From Hypanus sabinus (taxonomy: Eukaryota): DNA of 64,000 nucleotides. This document shows positions 46,401-59,849 of the stretch, piece after piece (within the stretch, counting starts at the first letter, position 1; each line of letters starts with the position of its first letter). Below the pieces are notes generated by a model, which saw only the letters and a list, made by a program, of their open reading frames with translations, searched no databases and was not told where the DNA came from. A program made the translations under genes and the position numbers. The stretch covers positions 1-64,000 of the forward strand of contig NW_026781697.1 in the NCBI RefSeq assembly GCF_030144855.1, read 5' to 3'.

Positions 46401-48134
46401 AATGGCCTGTATTGTGCTGTAGGATTTCTATGTTTCTAGATCAGCCATGATCATCTTCACTGCCAGATCATGCCAGTCCGAACAGAAGGAGTATTTCTGC
46501 TTCTTTTATGAAAACTCTTATATTCTCAATTCCTCTCGTGTTTACAGTTGAAGGGATTTGAATTTCTGTCACTGTCATACATGGTATATTAATCAGTTCA
46601 TCATTTTCTTAACACTTTCCGGTCTCAGATCTTTCTTCTGACGCCAAAGATCAGAATACATTCCAGTCCATTGATATCCCTGCTGAGCACATAGCGTACG
46701 GCAGCTGAATTCAGCCATTTGAGCGCCGAGCCTACTCGTAATTCCAACATAGCTGATCCCTCTCAATCACATTCTGGCGCCATCTCCGCGTTTCTACTGC
46801 AAAAGGTACCAATGAACAGCCCCTGTCTGTGGCGATAAATTCTACACATTCACCAGCATCTGTGTAAAAAAAAAAATCTCCCCGTCTCTGTTCTAAAGAG
46901 ATGTCGTTATTTTGAGAGAACCCGTCTTCAGGTGCAGACTCCCCAACGACAGTATCAACTGCTCCATTTCGACGGTATCTACGAATTTGAATATTCGACA
47001 GATTTCAATGAGAATTTCCTCATTCTCCTGAACTTCAGCAGGTACATTATAAACACTACCAATTTAGTAATGTCTCCCGTTAATTTGCTTAGCAGGTACA
47101 CCAATTTCATGTTCATCTTTACAATCGGAATTGCTGTTGATTAAAATAATAGTTTTCAGGAAATGTTTACGTCAAAATGTAAGTTAATGGTTTTTATTTC
47201 TTTCTGCACAGTTAACATGGTAACAATTGTCATCCTTTCGTGGGGAAACTGCGGTCTCTCCCAAGGTGTCACAAGGTACCTGGTTGCCATGGTAGCAGCG
47301 GATCAGTTCGTGGTTCTATTCGATCTGGTATTGAGCAAGATTCCGATGACTTACATTCCAGCAGATGTCCTCGTCTGGTCGCGTCGTGTCCCTGTTTGTA
47401 ATATCCACGCCGTCGTGTTCTACGCCGCCACGGACTGTTCTGTCTGGTTCACCGTCACTTTCACCTTTGATCGACTTGTCGCAATTTGTTTTCAGAAGCT
47501 GCAACGAAAATACTGCACCGGGAGAGGGGCGGCTCTGGTTCTGGGGACAGTGACTGTGCTGAGCTGCGTAAAGAACATGTTCTGGTACTTTTTGCTGGCT
47601 GGGTATTATTCAATGGTAATTTCGCCCGTGCTCTGTATGCATTCTTATCGTTTTTCCAAAACTCTGCATACAGCATTTAAACTGTTTCATTTCCTCCTCA
47701 CCCCAGTATTACCCTTTATCCTTATTCTCCTGCTCAACAGTTTAACCATTAGGCACGTCTTCGTGGCCAGCCGAGCCCGGAGGAGACTCCGTCGTTCACG
47801 CAATGGAGAGAAGCCCGCCGACCCGGAGATGAAGAACCGCAGGCAATCCCTCCTGTTACTGCTGGTGATGTCGGGGAATTTCATCCTGCTGTGGGCACTG
47901 CTAACAGTGCTTTCCGTATGGGATAGTCTGTATTTTTACGTTAAAGTGCTACGCTCGAATTCTCTGCAGGAACTGGGCTACATGCTGCAGATGCTGAGCT
48001 GCTGCACCAACACGGCCCTCTACGCCGTTGTACAGGCCAGGTTCAGGGTGCAGTTTAAGGAAACGGTGAAATTGCCCATAAGTCTCATGGCAAAGTTCAT
48101 TCGGCGTTCTCAGGGCCGCAGTAATATCCGCTGA
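43465..48134 (+). CDS. Class A GPCR, GPR139/GPR142-like paralog 2, intact, 367 aa. Exon 1 43465-43645, exon 2 47212-48134
   Basis: Exon 1 is 181 nt (MDPNLRIASHNAT...IYYPLLAIVALP G|GTAAGT) and the acceptor is GCACAG|TT AAC. The total is 1104 nt, in frame. It has 7 TM segments, an N-terminal NAT sequon, TM2 Asp (AAD), TM3 Cys and ECL2 Cys, DRL, TM7 NTALY and a helix-8 RFR. Confidence 0.92.
43700..46430 (+). mobile_element. Stack of degenerate CR1 ORF2 fragments filling the GPCR-2 intron
   Basis: Repeated RT and post-RT motifs, e.g. SQYDFVKGSSCL..LTEFFED...MDFGKAF (about 45170-45300) and LYGTLVRPNLEYCAQFWSPHYR...MQRRFTRM (about 45875-45990). Confidence 0.85.
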
Positions 48135-49219
48135 CGCCTCTCCCATTTTGCAGCAAAATTTCTCATTTCGTCAATGGCATGTGCAGTTCCATTCAGGTTG
48201 TGGACGACCCCGATTAGCTCTCGCCCTCCCCAAATCCATGCAAGACAACGATCCGTGACGTGTTCCCAATCTGCCTCCTCTAGCTCCTTCCAGTTTACGT
48301 TCTTCCCGAGTTCCCTCTCATGACTACTTCAGTTCCACCAACTGGGAGTTTCTACCAAGTGGAGGAATTTAAGGTGGGGTGGGTTGTATGGGTGGCAGGG
48401 TTTAAGGGTCAGCACAATATTCTGGGCCGAGGGGCCTGTAATGTGCTGAACTATTCTATGTTCTATTTTCTACCGTTTATTGCATACAATGCTCTGACAT
48501 CACTATCGCAATCCGACGCTTGTGCCCTGCCGGTATTCCGTGCGGCCCGAATGCCTGTTCAGGTACGTCAGATGTAGCTCCATCCCTTTCCTCTGGCGAC
48601 AGGTTTTCGTTCCAAGACCCCCAGCCATTGCACTGCTCGGGAAGTCTGGTTACTGTGGACATACTGCAAATCAATAAATTGATCCGGAGTTCATTGGAAT
48701 CCGCCGGTCACCCCGAGAATAATGCAGGAAGGCGGATTCGTAAAACCACTCGCCCAATCGTCTTTCGTCCGCCTCAATCTGCAACTGCCATCGCAATGCC
48801 TTCTGGGCAATAAAGGCAATACTTGAACACTTTATGTAGTGGAGGTCCAATCTATCGGACGGAATTGAGAACATTGGCGAAGGTGATTGCTGCGGAAAGG
48901 ATCACTGNNNNNNNNNNNNNNNNNNNNNNNNNNNNNNNNNNNNNNNNNNNNNNNNNNNNNNNNNNNNNNNNNNNNNNNNNNNNNNNNNNNNNNNNNNNNN
49001 NNNNNNNNNNNNNNNNNNNNNNNNNNNNNNNNNNNNNNNNNNNNNNNNNNNNNNNNNNNNNNNNNNNNNNNNNNNNNNNNNNNNNNNNNNNNNNNNNNNN
49101 NNNNNNNNNNNNNNNNNNNNNNNNNNNNNNNNNNNNNNNNNNNNNNNNNNNNNNNNNNNNNNNNNNNNNNNNNNNNNNNNNNNNNNNNNNNNNNNNNNNN
49201 NNNNNNNNNNNNNCCCCCT

Positions 49220-49540
49220 TTGCAATTTTTGGTCATTTCCTACTCAATTCTTGCGGAAACATTGCTTGCATTGTTTAGATTTGTATTTACATTTACATAG
49301 TTCATTACTATATTGTGATTTGTCTATGCTGCGCCAATTGTCTTGTTTATTAATTATTGTACTCTCTTGCACTGTTTTGTGCACTTTATGTAGTCTCGAG
49401 TAGGCCTGAAGACTAATGTAGTTTTGTGTTGTTTCCTGTAGTATCCTGGTCCTGTAGCATCGTTGCTTCGCTTTTGCTGTGAACTGTAACTGCAGTTATG
49501 TTTGAGATGACAATAAAAGAGACTTGCCTTGACTTGACAT
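49220..49540 (+). mobile_element. LINE (Rex/L2-type) 3' UTR with a (GACTT)n-like tail
   Basis: T-rich 3' UTR ending GACAATAAAAGAGACTTGCCTTGACTTGAC. Confidence 0.5.
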
Positions 49541-51569
49541 GAGATTCGGCACGAAATGTGAGATGTTGTCAGAAGTATGTCTTCAGGATAAACACTTTGA
49601 ATTGATATGGATACGTCAGAGATTTTTCCTGCTGACCCTTCCGGAACAGCATCTTGCACTGGACTATTCCACCTGAGATACTGATTGGAACTCTCAGAAA
49701 CGCCGATGCGCATCCTTACTAGGTGCCTCGTAATTTGGCCCTTTTCCTTCCCCGTTTGACTATTCCCCGTTATGCTCAAGAACGACCCTTTCCGTTTAAG
49801 ATGATACAGAACACTAGGCCTCAGGGCACAGCATCCAGTCAATTTTTGATCCAGAGGTGGTGGACAGAGGGTAGTGGTAGAGGGCAACCATTCTTGATTT
49901 GACAAGTGTTGGTTATGCTCTGGCGTTTGAGTCTGATGAAAATGTAAATGGCACATAAATACGCTTGCAGAGGACACAGAACGTGATGGAGTTGTGGATG
50001 TTGACAAAGCTTGGTGAAAGTGCAGATGGGTCGGAAAATTAGCCCAATAAATGACAGCTTTATCAAATTAATACGACTGTTCGGTCTCCACGTTGCTTCA
50101 AAAGGGAGGGTATTCGGGAAAAGGATTTGTTATAGGAATCTAGAGGAAAAGTAGAGAACACCAAGTTTGCTCAAGTTGAGGTATTAGATAAATGTTAAGC
50201 TTCGTGGACTTGGACAGGATCACCCATTCGTCGACAGGTAAATCAGTAACTCTACCGTTTGATTCATTCATAGGCAACAATAATAAATAAAAACGGAGAT
50301 TCGTATGCCGCTAGAAGGTGTGAAACAGCAATTCTGACATTTCAATGCGGTGACCCAGGAATCGCATTTTAAACACATCGCACAAAGAACAGACATGAGG
50401 CAGTGTTTAACAGGGAGTTGTTCTGGGGTTTGTGTATATACATAACCGTCTGGAAGGAATGCACATGGGCTGATAAATGATCTTGTAGAAAAAAAATAAT
50501 ATATATTTGGAGACATGCAAAAAGTGCGGGAAAAATTAAAGTAGTGCGGGTAGTCGTTTCAAATGATGTGTAAAGGGCAAGAGATTCACACAAAGAGTCG
50601 TGGGTACATGGGATGGTGTTCCTATTGTGGTGGCAGAGGACAATGATTACTGATTTTTAAGAGAAGCTCAGATGGGCATGTGCAGATGAGGAACATTAAT
50701 GGAAATATTTGCTCATTATGTAAGCTGTCAAGATCATTTACACACTTGGTTACTAATTTAGCTGGATCAGCAGGACATTGTTTGCCGAAACTCTGTCCCT
50801 GTTCAGTACGGTCCCATGTTCTGGATTCTAAATCAGGGAATGAACAAATGACAATTCGGACCGAGATCCTTCATCGGGATTGGGAACGGCAAGGGGCCGG
50901 GTGGGTTCAGCGGGATGAGGAAATGAGGGGATGAGTTACAAACTGACAGGTGGTAGGGCAAACAGAGTGACGGGAAATGCAGGGGAATGAGCGGATGGGG
51001 GTGCAGTAAGATTCTGTGAGGAGATAAGTGTCAGTGGGAAGGGAACGAATTTGAGGACTGTTGGCAATCGACAAAAGAGAAGGCATGGGTTGTCCAGCTG
51101 GAGAATAATGGTCAGTGAGCTGAACAGAAGAGACGAGAGGTGGGGTTGTTGGGAAGCTTTAAAGTGGAATGTGAAAGGTTTTTCACGATTGAGGCAGTCA
51201 ATGGTTCCGGGGGACGGTAGGGGAATGGGGTTGGGAGGGATCGTAAATCAGCCATGATGGAATAGCGGAGTAGATACAATTTTTGGTTGGAGAATAAAAA
51301 TGGAAAGCGAAATATCTTCTTTAAAAATGCGAGAGTCATGTAACAACAAGAATGAATAAACAGTCAATTTGGTGCAGCAAGACCTTTCCACAGGACTGCA
51401 GAGGATGGCGGAAGACCCCAGAATTAAAAGTTGATTCGGTAGTGGAGTAGAAGAAAGATAGTTAGAAGGTTATCGATGAAGCCAGTTGGTCGTGGAAGTA
51501 AAAGGGTGGGAGAGGAAATAATCTGCTAGACCAGAGGGAGAGCCGTGAGAGAGGGTCTCACTGAACCCC

Positions 51570-52432
51570 TGTTGAAATGAGGATTTGAATTTCCTCAGGC
51601 ATGCCCCGAGGAGACTGCCAGCAAATCATAAGCACGAGATCTCTACTGATTTTTGTAAACTAAATCAACATGTCAGGGGAAAACCTAGTTTGAAACGGGG
51701 TCCAGAATAGACCCTATGAAATCTGCTGCTGTTTGGAGAGAGGGACAGAAACTACTCGGAAGGTTGATGTTCTGGTTTCTCTGCCAGCTTGTTTACCTTT
51801 TCTGCGAGGGCACTTGCCCGCTTGTAGAGTTCCTGCAGAAAGTGGAGGACGGAGCATTTTGATAGACAGCTGGTGTCCAACATGGAGAGATAAAAGCCAG
51901 GTCCGCTGTTACACAGACGCACACACCACGAGACACACGGTACGGACTCTGGACGAGCTCTGTTGCACACAGAGGAAGGCGGAGTTATCGGAGGTTCGAT
52001 TCGGGGAAATCGATCAGTTGCTCACTGTGTGAAAAGGCGCGACCGGCGGGGAAAAATGTTTGTGTCCATCGTTGCCTGGTTGGTAATTCGTACCATGTCA
52101 TAGTTGCTGAACACAAGAGGACTTCGGAAGACAACGGGAAGATCGACGGCATCACCTCTCACCACTCTCTCTCTCTCTCTCTCTCTCTGCAACGTTGCAA
52201 CAAATGACCTCGAATTGAACTGAACTCTCCTCATCATATCTAGGTTTGAAAGAGCCTAGTTATTTCCTGTTTTCACACTTAAGTATATATAATGCTAACC
52301 CGTTTGATTTATTTACATCGATATTACTGCATTGCTTAGATACTAATAAAAGTTATTAGTTTATAGGATACCAAACTCCAGAGTGTTCTCCATTCCTCTT
52401 GGTTCTGTATACCGGTCACGGGGTCCGTGACA
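51570..52432 (+). mobile_element. Probable solo LTR (Gypsy-type)
   Basis: Ends GGGGTCCGTGACA and carries the internal (CT)n and GAACTGAAC motifs seen at 15.5-16.4 kb. The 5' limit is uncertain. Confidence 0.45.
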
Positions 52433-55274
52433 ATCACACACAAATTGCTGGAGAAACTCACTGGTCAGGCAGCATCTATTAATTTTTATTTTTGTAGATT
52501 ATCTGGCCAACTGTCGAATTTTGCTCCTTGCGGTCCGCCGGATTAGTCCAGCTGCGTCCAAATCTTCTTCCTGAATGATAACGCGTATTTCTCATTCATA
52601 ACCACTCAGCCCCCGATCAAACCGGGCGAGGATTTGGACGGGGCACCACCAAAGTCTCTGTCCCCGCGAAGAATCCTGACATTCCGACCATCAGAACATG
52701 CGATATTGGAGCAGAGTTTGGCCACTTTGCCCATCGAGTCTGCTTTTCCATTTTATCATGGCTGAAATAATTTCCTTCGCAGCCCAAATCTCCTGCCTTG
52801 CCCCGTATCTCTTCTTGCCCTGACCTATCAAAAAACATCAACAACTGCCCTGAATATATCCAACGGCTTGGTCTGCACAGCTGCCTGCGGTATCTGAGAC
52901 ATAGCTGTGCCTATGAGGAAAATTTAAGGATACTGTCATTATATAAGCAGAAAAAAATGATTGCCGTTATGTTACTAATTCAATTGCGTCAGCAAATCAT
53001 TGTGGGACGACGGGTCTCTTCGTGTGCCGTAATATTCCATGTCCTGGTTTCTAAATGAGGGAATGAACAGCTGACACGTCGGAGAGAGTTCCTTCACCGG
53101 GATTGGAAACGAAGAGAGGCAGTGTGGATTCAGCGGGATGAGGGGATGAGGGGATGGATTACAAACTGAGAGGCAGTACGACAAACTTATGCCTTCTTAA
53201 CCACAGAGTCAACCTGCGCAGCAGCTTTGAGAGTCCTGTAGATTCAAATCCCAAGCAGAGGATCTCATACAGAAAACGATTACAGGTCAGCAATCGACAA
53301 GTAGCGTTCAGTGCGCCAGAATTGCTCAGACAGGTATTTTAGCAGAGACGCTTTGAGATCATGTTGCAGTTCTTTGAGTTGTCGATGAGGGCGCACTTGG
53401 AATACTCAGTGCAGTATTTGGTCACCATGCAAAGTTGCGGCTGTGCAGGAGCAAAGGCAGAAAAGAGTGATGGACATGTACCCAACACTAGAGGGCTTGA
53501 GGCATGGAGAATAGTAGGATACTTGGAACTTGATAGACTGAGGGACGAACTTGCAGAAGATTCTTTTGAATTTCAACAGGCATAGTCGAGGTGGATGATA
53601 AGGGTCTTTTGAGATACTGGATAGGTATGACAAAATATTGTGAACATGCGTTCAGGTAAGGGAGTAGGATGGATTAAAAGGAGTCGCTTTCACTAAGACC
53701 GTGTTTTAGGAATGACCTGAATAGCAAGAGGCAAAAGCAGGTAAAATAGGATCGAGTGGGATGAGAGAGAGTTTTCGGTGGGAGCGGAAGGATTTTTTTT
53801 AACGTACATGGATGGAGTTGATTGCAAGTGAAAATATACCAGAGAGAGTGGTTGAAAAACAGACGAGAGTATAATTATGAACCAAATTGGGATATACATG
53901 GAGGGGTGGCAATCAGAGTGATATGAACCCGGCACTGATTGGTTGATCCGTCGGGCTGTAACTGTGTTCCGTGAATATGACTGCAATCTTTGGAGATTCT
54001 TAGCAATTGTTGGCAAGCGAAACCAATTTTGGGTGTTGAAGGGAAATAAAGTCAATGTCGACAAACGAAAGAATAGGCAAATATCTCATCAGGCTCTGCG
54101 ATTCAAACGATGGATATATTAATGGCTGATTGTCATGAGACAAAGATTTGAAATTAAAGGAGCCTTTCCTGTTTGGCTGCAGGTGACTAATAGTGTCCAC
54201 AGGTGTCTGTGTTGCCAATGATTATTTTTACGATAAATGTCTATGATTTGAATGGAATTGATGGCTTTGTTGCAAAGTTTGCAGACGACACGGAGATAGG
54301 TCAAAGTACATGTATTTATTAACATAAATGAACTATGATTACACATTTCACATTTGGCCGTAGTAAAGGTTGTTGGTCCGCATGTATATGAACGAAGAAG
54401 AAATAAAATCAATACAATAGAACTGAATTCGGGAACTGTATGATCATGCATTTTGGTGGATCTAATAAAGGTGCAGACTGTGGCATTGATCAGGAAAATC
54501 AATCAAAGTCAGAGGTGCTAAGGGATTCGAGATTCCTCATGCAGACTTTCCTAAAGTTAGATAGATTTGAAGAGCTATGATGTTGTGGCGATTACAAAGA
54601 TTTTGATGGAGCAATGACAAGAATGGCTACGTCAAGTGCCAGGCTTTAGACATTAGACAAGAGACAATAGGGGCAGGTGTAGGCCAGTCAGCACTTAAAG
54701 CCAGCACCGCCATTGAATGTGATCGTATCTGATCATCCACAATCAGTACCATGTTCCTGCCTCTCACCATATCCCTCGACTCCGCCATCTGAACGGAGCT
54801 GGAATTGCGAGTTACCTGGCTTTGAGGTACAGACTGCGGGCTGCTGGTGCCCACAAAGTGGGCGGCCGAGGAATGAATGGGAAGCAGGAAAGGAAGCGAT
54901 CATAAAGGTGACAGGTGAAGCGATTTGGGGGGGGGAGTTGAAGGTGAAAGACTGGAAAAGAGAGAAAGTGGAGATATCTGTACCCAAGAGGTGGACTGGT
55001 ACCTCGAGAAATTAATCCCACTTTGAACTTTCTCTAACCCTGGACCGAACCGCGATCCCCACTATTTCTTTATTCCACACTGACCTTTCACCTCTTCCCA
55101 CGTGACTATTACTTCCCCCGTGCTCCCTTCTCCATCCGTTTATCGTATAGTCAGCTATCCATTCCTATCAGATTCCTTCGTCTCCAGCTCCTGAACGCTC
55201 CGTCTCACCAGTCTTCACTTATCACGTTCCAGCTCGCCTTTTTCTCCTCTCCCTACCTTTTTAACTGCCTTGTC

Positions 55275-56340
55275 TTATAACCATTTTTGTGGCGTATTGG
55301 CTATATGACTGTGGCATTCGTCCTGCTGGAAAACAAATCTACTCTGAAGTCCTGGTTCTCTTGTAAACAGCTTCCAGCTGTCCTCCAGAATTCCCCTGTG
55401 TTTTTCTTCATTGATTTTGCCCTCTACCTTCACAAGCTTCAAAGCCAGATGCCGCCATTACCATGCTTCACGGTCAGGACGGTGTCTTTCTGATGCGAAG
55501 CGATGTTTGCCTTCTGTGAGACATAGCATTTAGCTGTTGTTCCCATAAGCCAAAATACTCAATTGTGTTTCATCAGACAGCAGAAACTTCTTCCAGCTGA
55601 CTTCAGATTCTCCCACATGTCTTCTGGCTAACTCTGGCTAAGGTTTCATATGAGTCTTTCTTTTAACAGCTTTCTCTTTGCCATCCCCCATAATACTGTG
55701 GCTGCTGAAACACCAGGATAACAGTTATTTCATGCACAGACTTTGCCAACTCCAACACTGAAACGTGTATCTTCTTCAGCGTTGTTGTAGGTCTCTTAGT
55801 TGCCTCCCTCAGTTGTCCCTTTATTGCACGGTGACTCAGTATTTGAGTTCGGCCTGTTGGACGTAGACATACAGCTGTGCCGTATTCTTGCCATTCCTTT
55901 GATAATTGACTTAAATGTCCTCCAACAGTGACGTTGAAAATGTCTTGTACCCATCTCCTGACTTGTGCTTGCCAATAACAATTTCGCAGAACTGGTTGGC
56001 GTGTACTTTTGTCTCAGTGGTGTAGTTTTTGCAAGGATACTGACTCACCAGCAGTATCAATGTGGCCACCGTGTTTGGATTATGTGACTTCTAAAACAAT
56101 TAGCTGCATCAGTGATGATTTGGTGTGTTATACTTCAGATGGGTGAATACCGATGCTATCAATGGTTATGTGTTTTCATTTGTATGCTATTTCGATCACT
56201 TTGTTTCTGTTTTCACTTTGACACGACGTGTCTTTATATGGCGGATCAGTTTCATAAAAGGCAAATTAAATCCAGGGCGATTCAATGTTGAAAAACAATA
56301 CAACTTTCAAGGAGGCTGAACACTTTCCAGAGGCACCGAA
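55275..56340 (-). mobile_element. Tc1/mariner DNA transposon remnant (transposase on the minus strand, one end retained)
   Basis: Antisense Tc1 transposase signatures (GTTTCATCAGAC...AACTTCTTCCAGCTG; CCACCATGCTTCAC-like) and a Tc1-like terminus GGCTGAACACTTTCCAGAGGCAC at about 56315-56338. Confidence 0.65.
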
Positions 56341-57899
56341 CACTCAGACGTCTGCGAAGCTGAATATGTCAAATACCAGAACGCAGATACATAAAGTGAG
56401 AGGCGGACAGCGTCAGAGAGAGACGTTTTCCACCGGCTGCAGCCAGACATAGGAAGGAGCAGAGGATTGGAAGTGGTGGAACAACAACTTTGTTAAGGCA
56501 GATGGGATGATCATGTGATGTCATTTCCTGAGCTTTTGTAATATTTTTCAGTAATTCCATATCGATGCACTTGTTGCTCATGGACTAACCGCAGAAGCCA
56601 ACATGTATTTCTTCTCAATCATCACAACTGAGAAAACTCCCCAGTCATCGCCTGTTTGCCGTAATCGTTAGTGCCTCTGTTGGGACAGTTCCAACTCACT
56701 TAGTCGTCCTGAAGACGCCTGGTGCAGAGGCACATAGCGGAATGATTCTCTGAGGGCTGGAAGCGCTTTATTTTAAAGGCTTTTTACCGTTCATCCGTTT
56801 GCTCACTCATGGCGCAATCTACTGTCCGCTAGGCGTATCTAAAGCAGGACACTACAAAAGTTTAGTTTTCAATGTTCAAAGTTAATGCATTGTGGGAGTG
56901 GGTTTATGCCACCAGAAACATAAATGAGGTGCGTTTTCTTGTGGGCATGCATATTTGATAGAAGGAACGCTGTAGATTGAATGAAAGACAGCAGCGAATA
57001 AGACGTTCAAAAACACACAAAACAACAATATGCAAAAGATGAACTTTGGAAATCAATAAAAATAGTAATAACAAATCAATACGCAATAAATATCGAGAAG
57101 GAGATGAAGAGTGTTTTAATATGCATCCATAGGCTGTGGGAACAGTTTAGTGATCCACCGGCTGAAATTGAGTGAGGTTCGTACCCCGAGTTCAAGAGTG
57201 TGATAATCGCTTACGTAACAACTGTTCAAAAAACTGGTGGTGAGGGAAATGGTCACCCGTGGCCCCTGTACATGACGGCAATAGCGAAAAGAGATCATGT
57301 CCTGGGAGCTGGGACTCCTTCATGCTGGATGCTGTTTTGGAGCGACAGCGCTCAGTGCAGCTGCGCTGAATGGTGGTGAGGGCTTAACCCGGAGTGCACT
57401 GGGTCACATCCAGTACTTTTGTAGGATTTCCCGTTGTAACTTTGCATCTTCCATGAATAGTTCAGATTTCCTTCAGTGGCGGCAGAACGTAAGAGCTAGA
57501 TATTGACTTCAGGAATGTCGGAGCCCATCCACAAGCTCCTGTTCAGGTCAATGGTACCTAAATCAAGTATGTGCATGTGAACATCGCGAGAAGACCTGGG
57601 TTGGTCCGGCACATTGACGTCAGAGCAAGATGGCTGACCAAAATTCTAATCCTTCAGGAGGCTAAATAAGTTCTACACGGCTCTGTAAATCCTCAGCAAC
57701 GTTTTACTGATTCAACATAAAAAAAAAAATCTTACCCGGATATATTGTATCCTGGATAATGGACTCTCTGACTGGCAGATTACAGTCTGTGCCGCTTCAG
57801 AGCTGTGCTTTAGACAAGGCTATAAGTGGCACTATGTGCCCTCAGGGATCTATACTGGTTCGCTTCCTCTTTACTCTGTATACCCTCTATCTTCTGATA

Positions 57900-58430
57900 G
57901 AACAATAACTCATGTCATCTGCAGAAATGATCTGCTGACTGTGTAATATTTGGGTGTTTAAATGGATGAAGGGAGGTCGAATACAGGGTTCTGGTGGAGG
58001 ACTTTGTGAACTGAAGCAAACTGAACCATCTGCCGCTTGGCATCAGTAAGACAAAGGAGATAGTGATGGACTTCAGTATGACGAAGGATGACCTGCTCCT
58101 CCTTACTATTGATTGCGGGGACGTTGATGTGATGAGCACCTACAAGTAGCTGGGGGTGCACCTGGATGACAGACTTGAGTGCAGCCCCAACACAGAGGCT
58201 GTGTACAAGAAGGGCCAGATTCACCTCTATTTCAAGACGAGGCTCAGGTCCTTTGGAGTGTCCTTTCATTTCTTTCGTCATGTTCTCCCAGTCTGTTGTC
58301 TGCAGTACAGTCTTCCATGCGGTGGTTGGCAGGGTAATATCAGCATCATCCGTGATTCTAAACAATCTCCCCTCCACGAACTCTGACGACATCGTTAAAG
58401 CCGTCTAAATAAATGAAGACCCGCTCCCAT
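57900..58430 (+). mobile_element. Rex1/Babar-type LINE ORF2 fragment (post-RT region)
   Basis: NHLPLGISKTKEIVMDF...TYK*LGVHLDDRLECSPNTEAVYKKGQ..LYF..RLRSFGV. Confidence 0.75.
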
Positions 58431-58559
58431 TACGAACGTTCCTCTTTATTCACGTGTAGGCTCAAAAAAAAAGACTCCATCCCGCTGAGGTAAGATCATT
58501 GAACAGCCCACTTGACTTCACAATCTCCCTTGATATGTTGATACACCTTAGAGCCTAAC

Positions 58560-58920
58560 TATAATACATCTGGATGAAGTGAGTTGTTTGTTCTCACTGT
58601 CTGTCCTGTCTATCGTCAGTTCAGCCTCACGAATGATCTGGAGCTCGTCCAGTTCCACATCCAGCTTTTTAACGCGGATTGTCTGAAGCTGCAGCTGAAC
58701 GCAGCTCTTGCAGATGTCGTCCTGCCTGGCATCTCTGTTATCCAATCTGATCAGATATACAGAATGGAAGGAAATTAAAAAGCTCATAGCCAAGTGTTTT
58801 TCTTCTATTTGCGTACATTGACTAAAGACTCATTGCGCTGACGACTCCGCGAGCAGAAGCCTGAAGATCACCTGCTTGACGGTCCATTCAGACGGTGGAT
58901 ACTGTAGTTGCCCCTGCAAA
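58560..58920 (-). mobile_element. Ancient CR1 5' end and ORF1 N-terminus, head-to-head with GPCR paralog 3
   Basis: ORF 58548-58793 contains DDICKSCVQLQLQTIRVKKLDVELDELQIIREAE. Confidence 0.8.
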
Positions 58921-59617
58921 CAAACGAGAAAAGCCCCCTGGTCTCTGGACAAAGCGGTTTTTCACCCGCTGTCGCCTTTTATGCCCGTGCCGATTAAACT
59001 CCTCTCCTCCGAAATCACCCGAAGACCCGATTTGCCGCTTGGCAAAACTCTTTTTCTGAAAATCATTATTTTAGAATTATCTAACTCGATAATCATTTTC
59101 AAACTGCCTATGCAACTATAATTGTTAAGAACTATCTATGCAAAAATATATTAAAATCTATTTATATCATCATTCTTGTTTGTCTTAGTTTTGTAATTAG
59201 TATTTTCTGCGTGTGCCTTCCTTTCTAGACTTGTTGTATGTCAGTGTCTAACTGTGTGCCAATAATTTTCAATTGTGTGTCCATTTACAGAAATGACACA
59301 TATCCGTGGACAGCCGACTGCTGGGATTATTAGATACACTTCCGATCTGCATCTGTACTGCTTCTCTGACGGTCTGAAAACAGAAAAGGTTCACTGCACC
59401 TGTCATACCAAATAAACAAATTATGGGAGTATCCGTGGGGATTGACGACATCACCACGAAGGTGTGGCTACTGGTTGGCTGCACTATTAGTATGTACAGA
59501 ATCCCTCACACGACAGTTTCGGTGAGAGCCGAAAGTCTATGCGATCAGTGTTCAGCGGCTGCAGAGAGAGAGAAGGCAGAGTCAGGATCGTGAACAGGAG
59601 TCTGGCCTCTCTCAGCA

Positions 59618-59789
59618 ATGAATCATAACCTTCAAAATACATCGCGCAATGCTACGGAAATTCCGAAGAATGCATTCTGGGCGACGCAATATATTTTTAA
59701 TAGCCTGATGTCGGAGTATCGAATCACAATGGCGCTGGGGACATTCCAGGTGGTTTACTACACTGTACTCGCCATTATAGCTTTTCCTG
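59618..59789 (+). CDS. Exon 1 of GPR139/GPR142-like paralog 3 (exon 2 lies beyond the window)
   Basis: 172 nt (57 codons + 1), MNHNLQNTSRNAT...VVYYTVLAIIAFP G|GTAAGT. It is homologous to exon 1 of paralogs 1 and 2 and has the same upstream flank. Confidence 0.88.
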
Positions 59790-59849
59790 GTAAGTGTCTT
59801 GTCTCTTCCTCTAGATTATGTTGAAAAATATAAGTCAGCTTCTCTTCCA

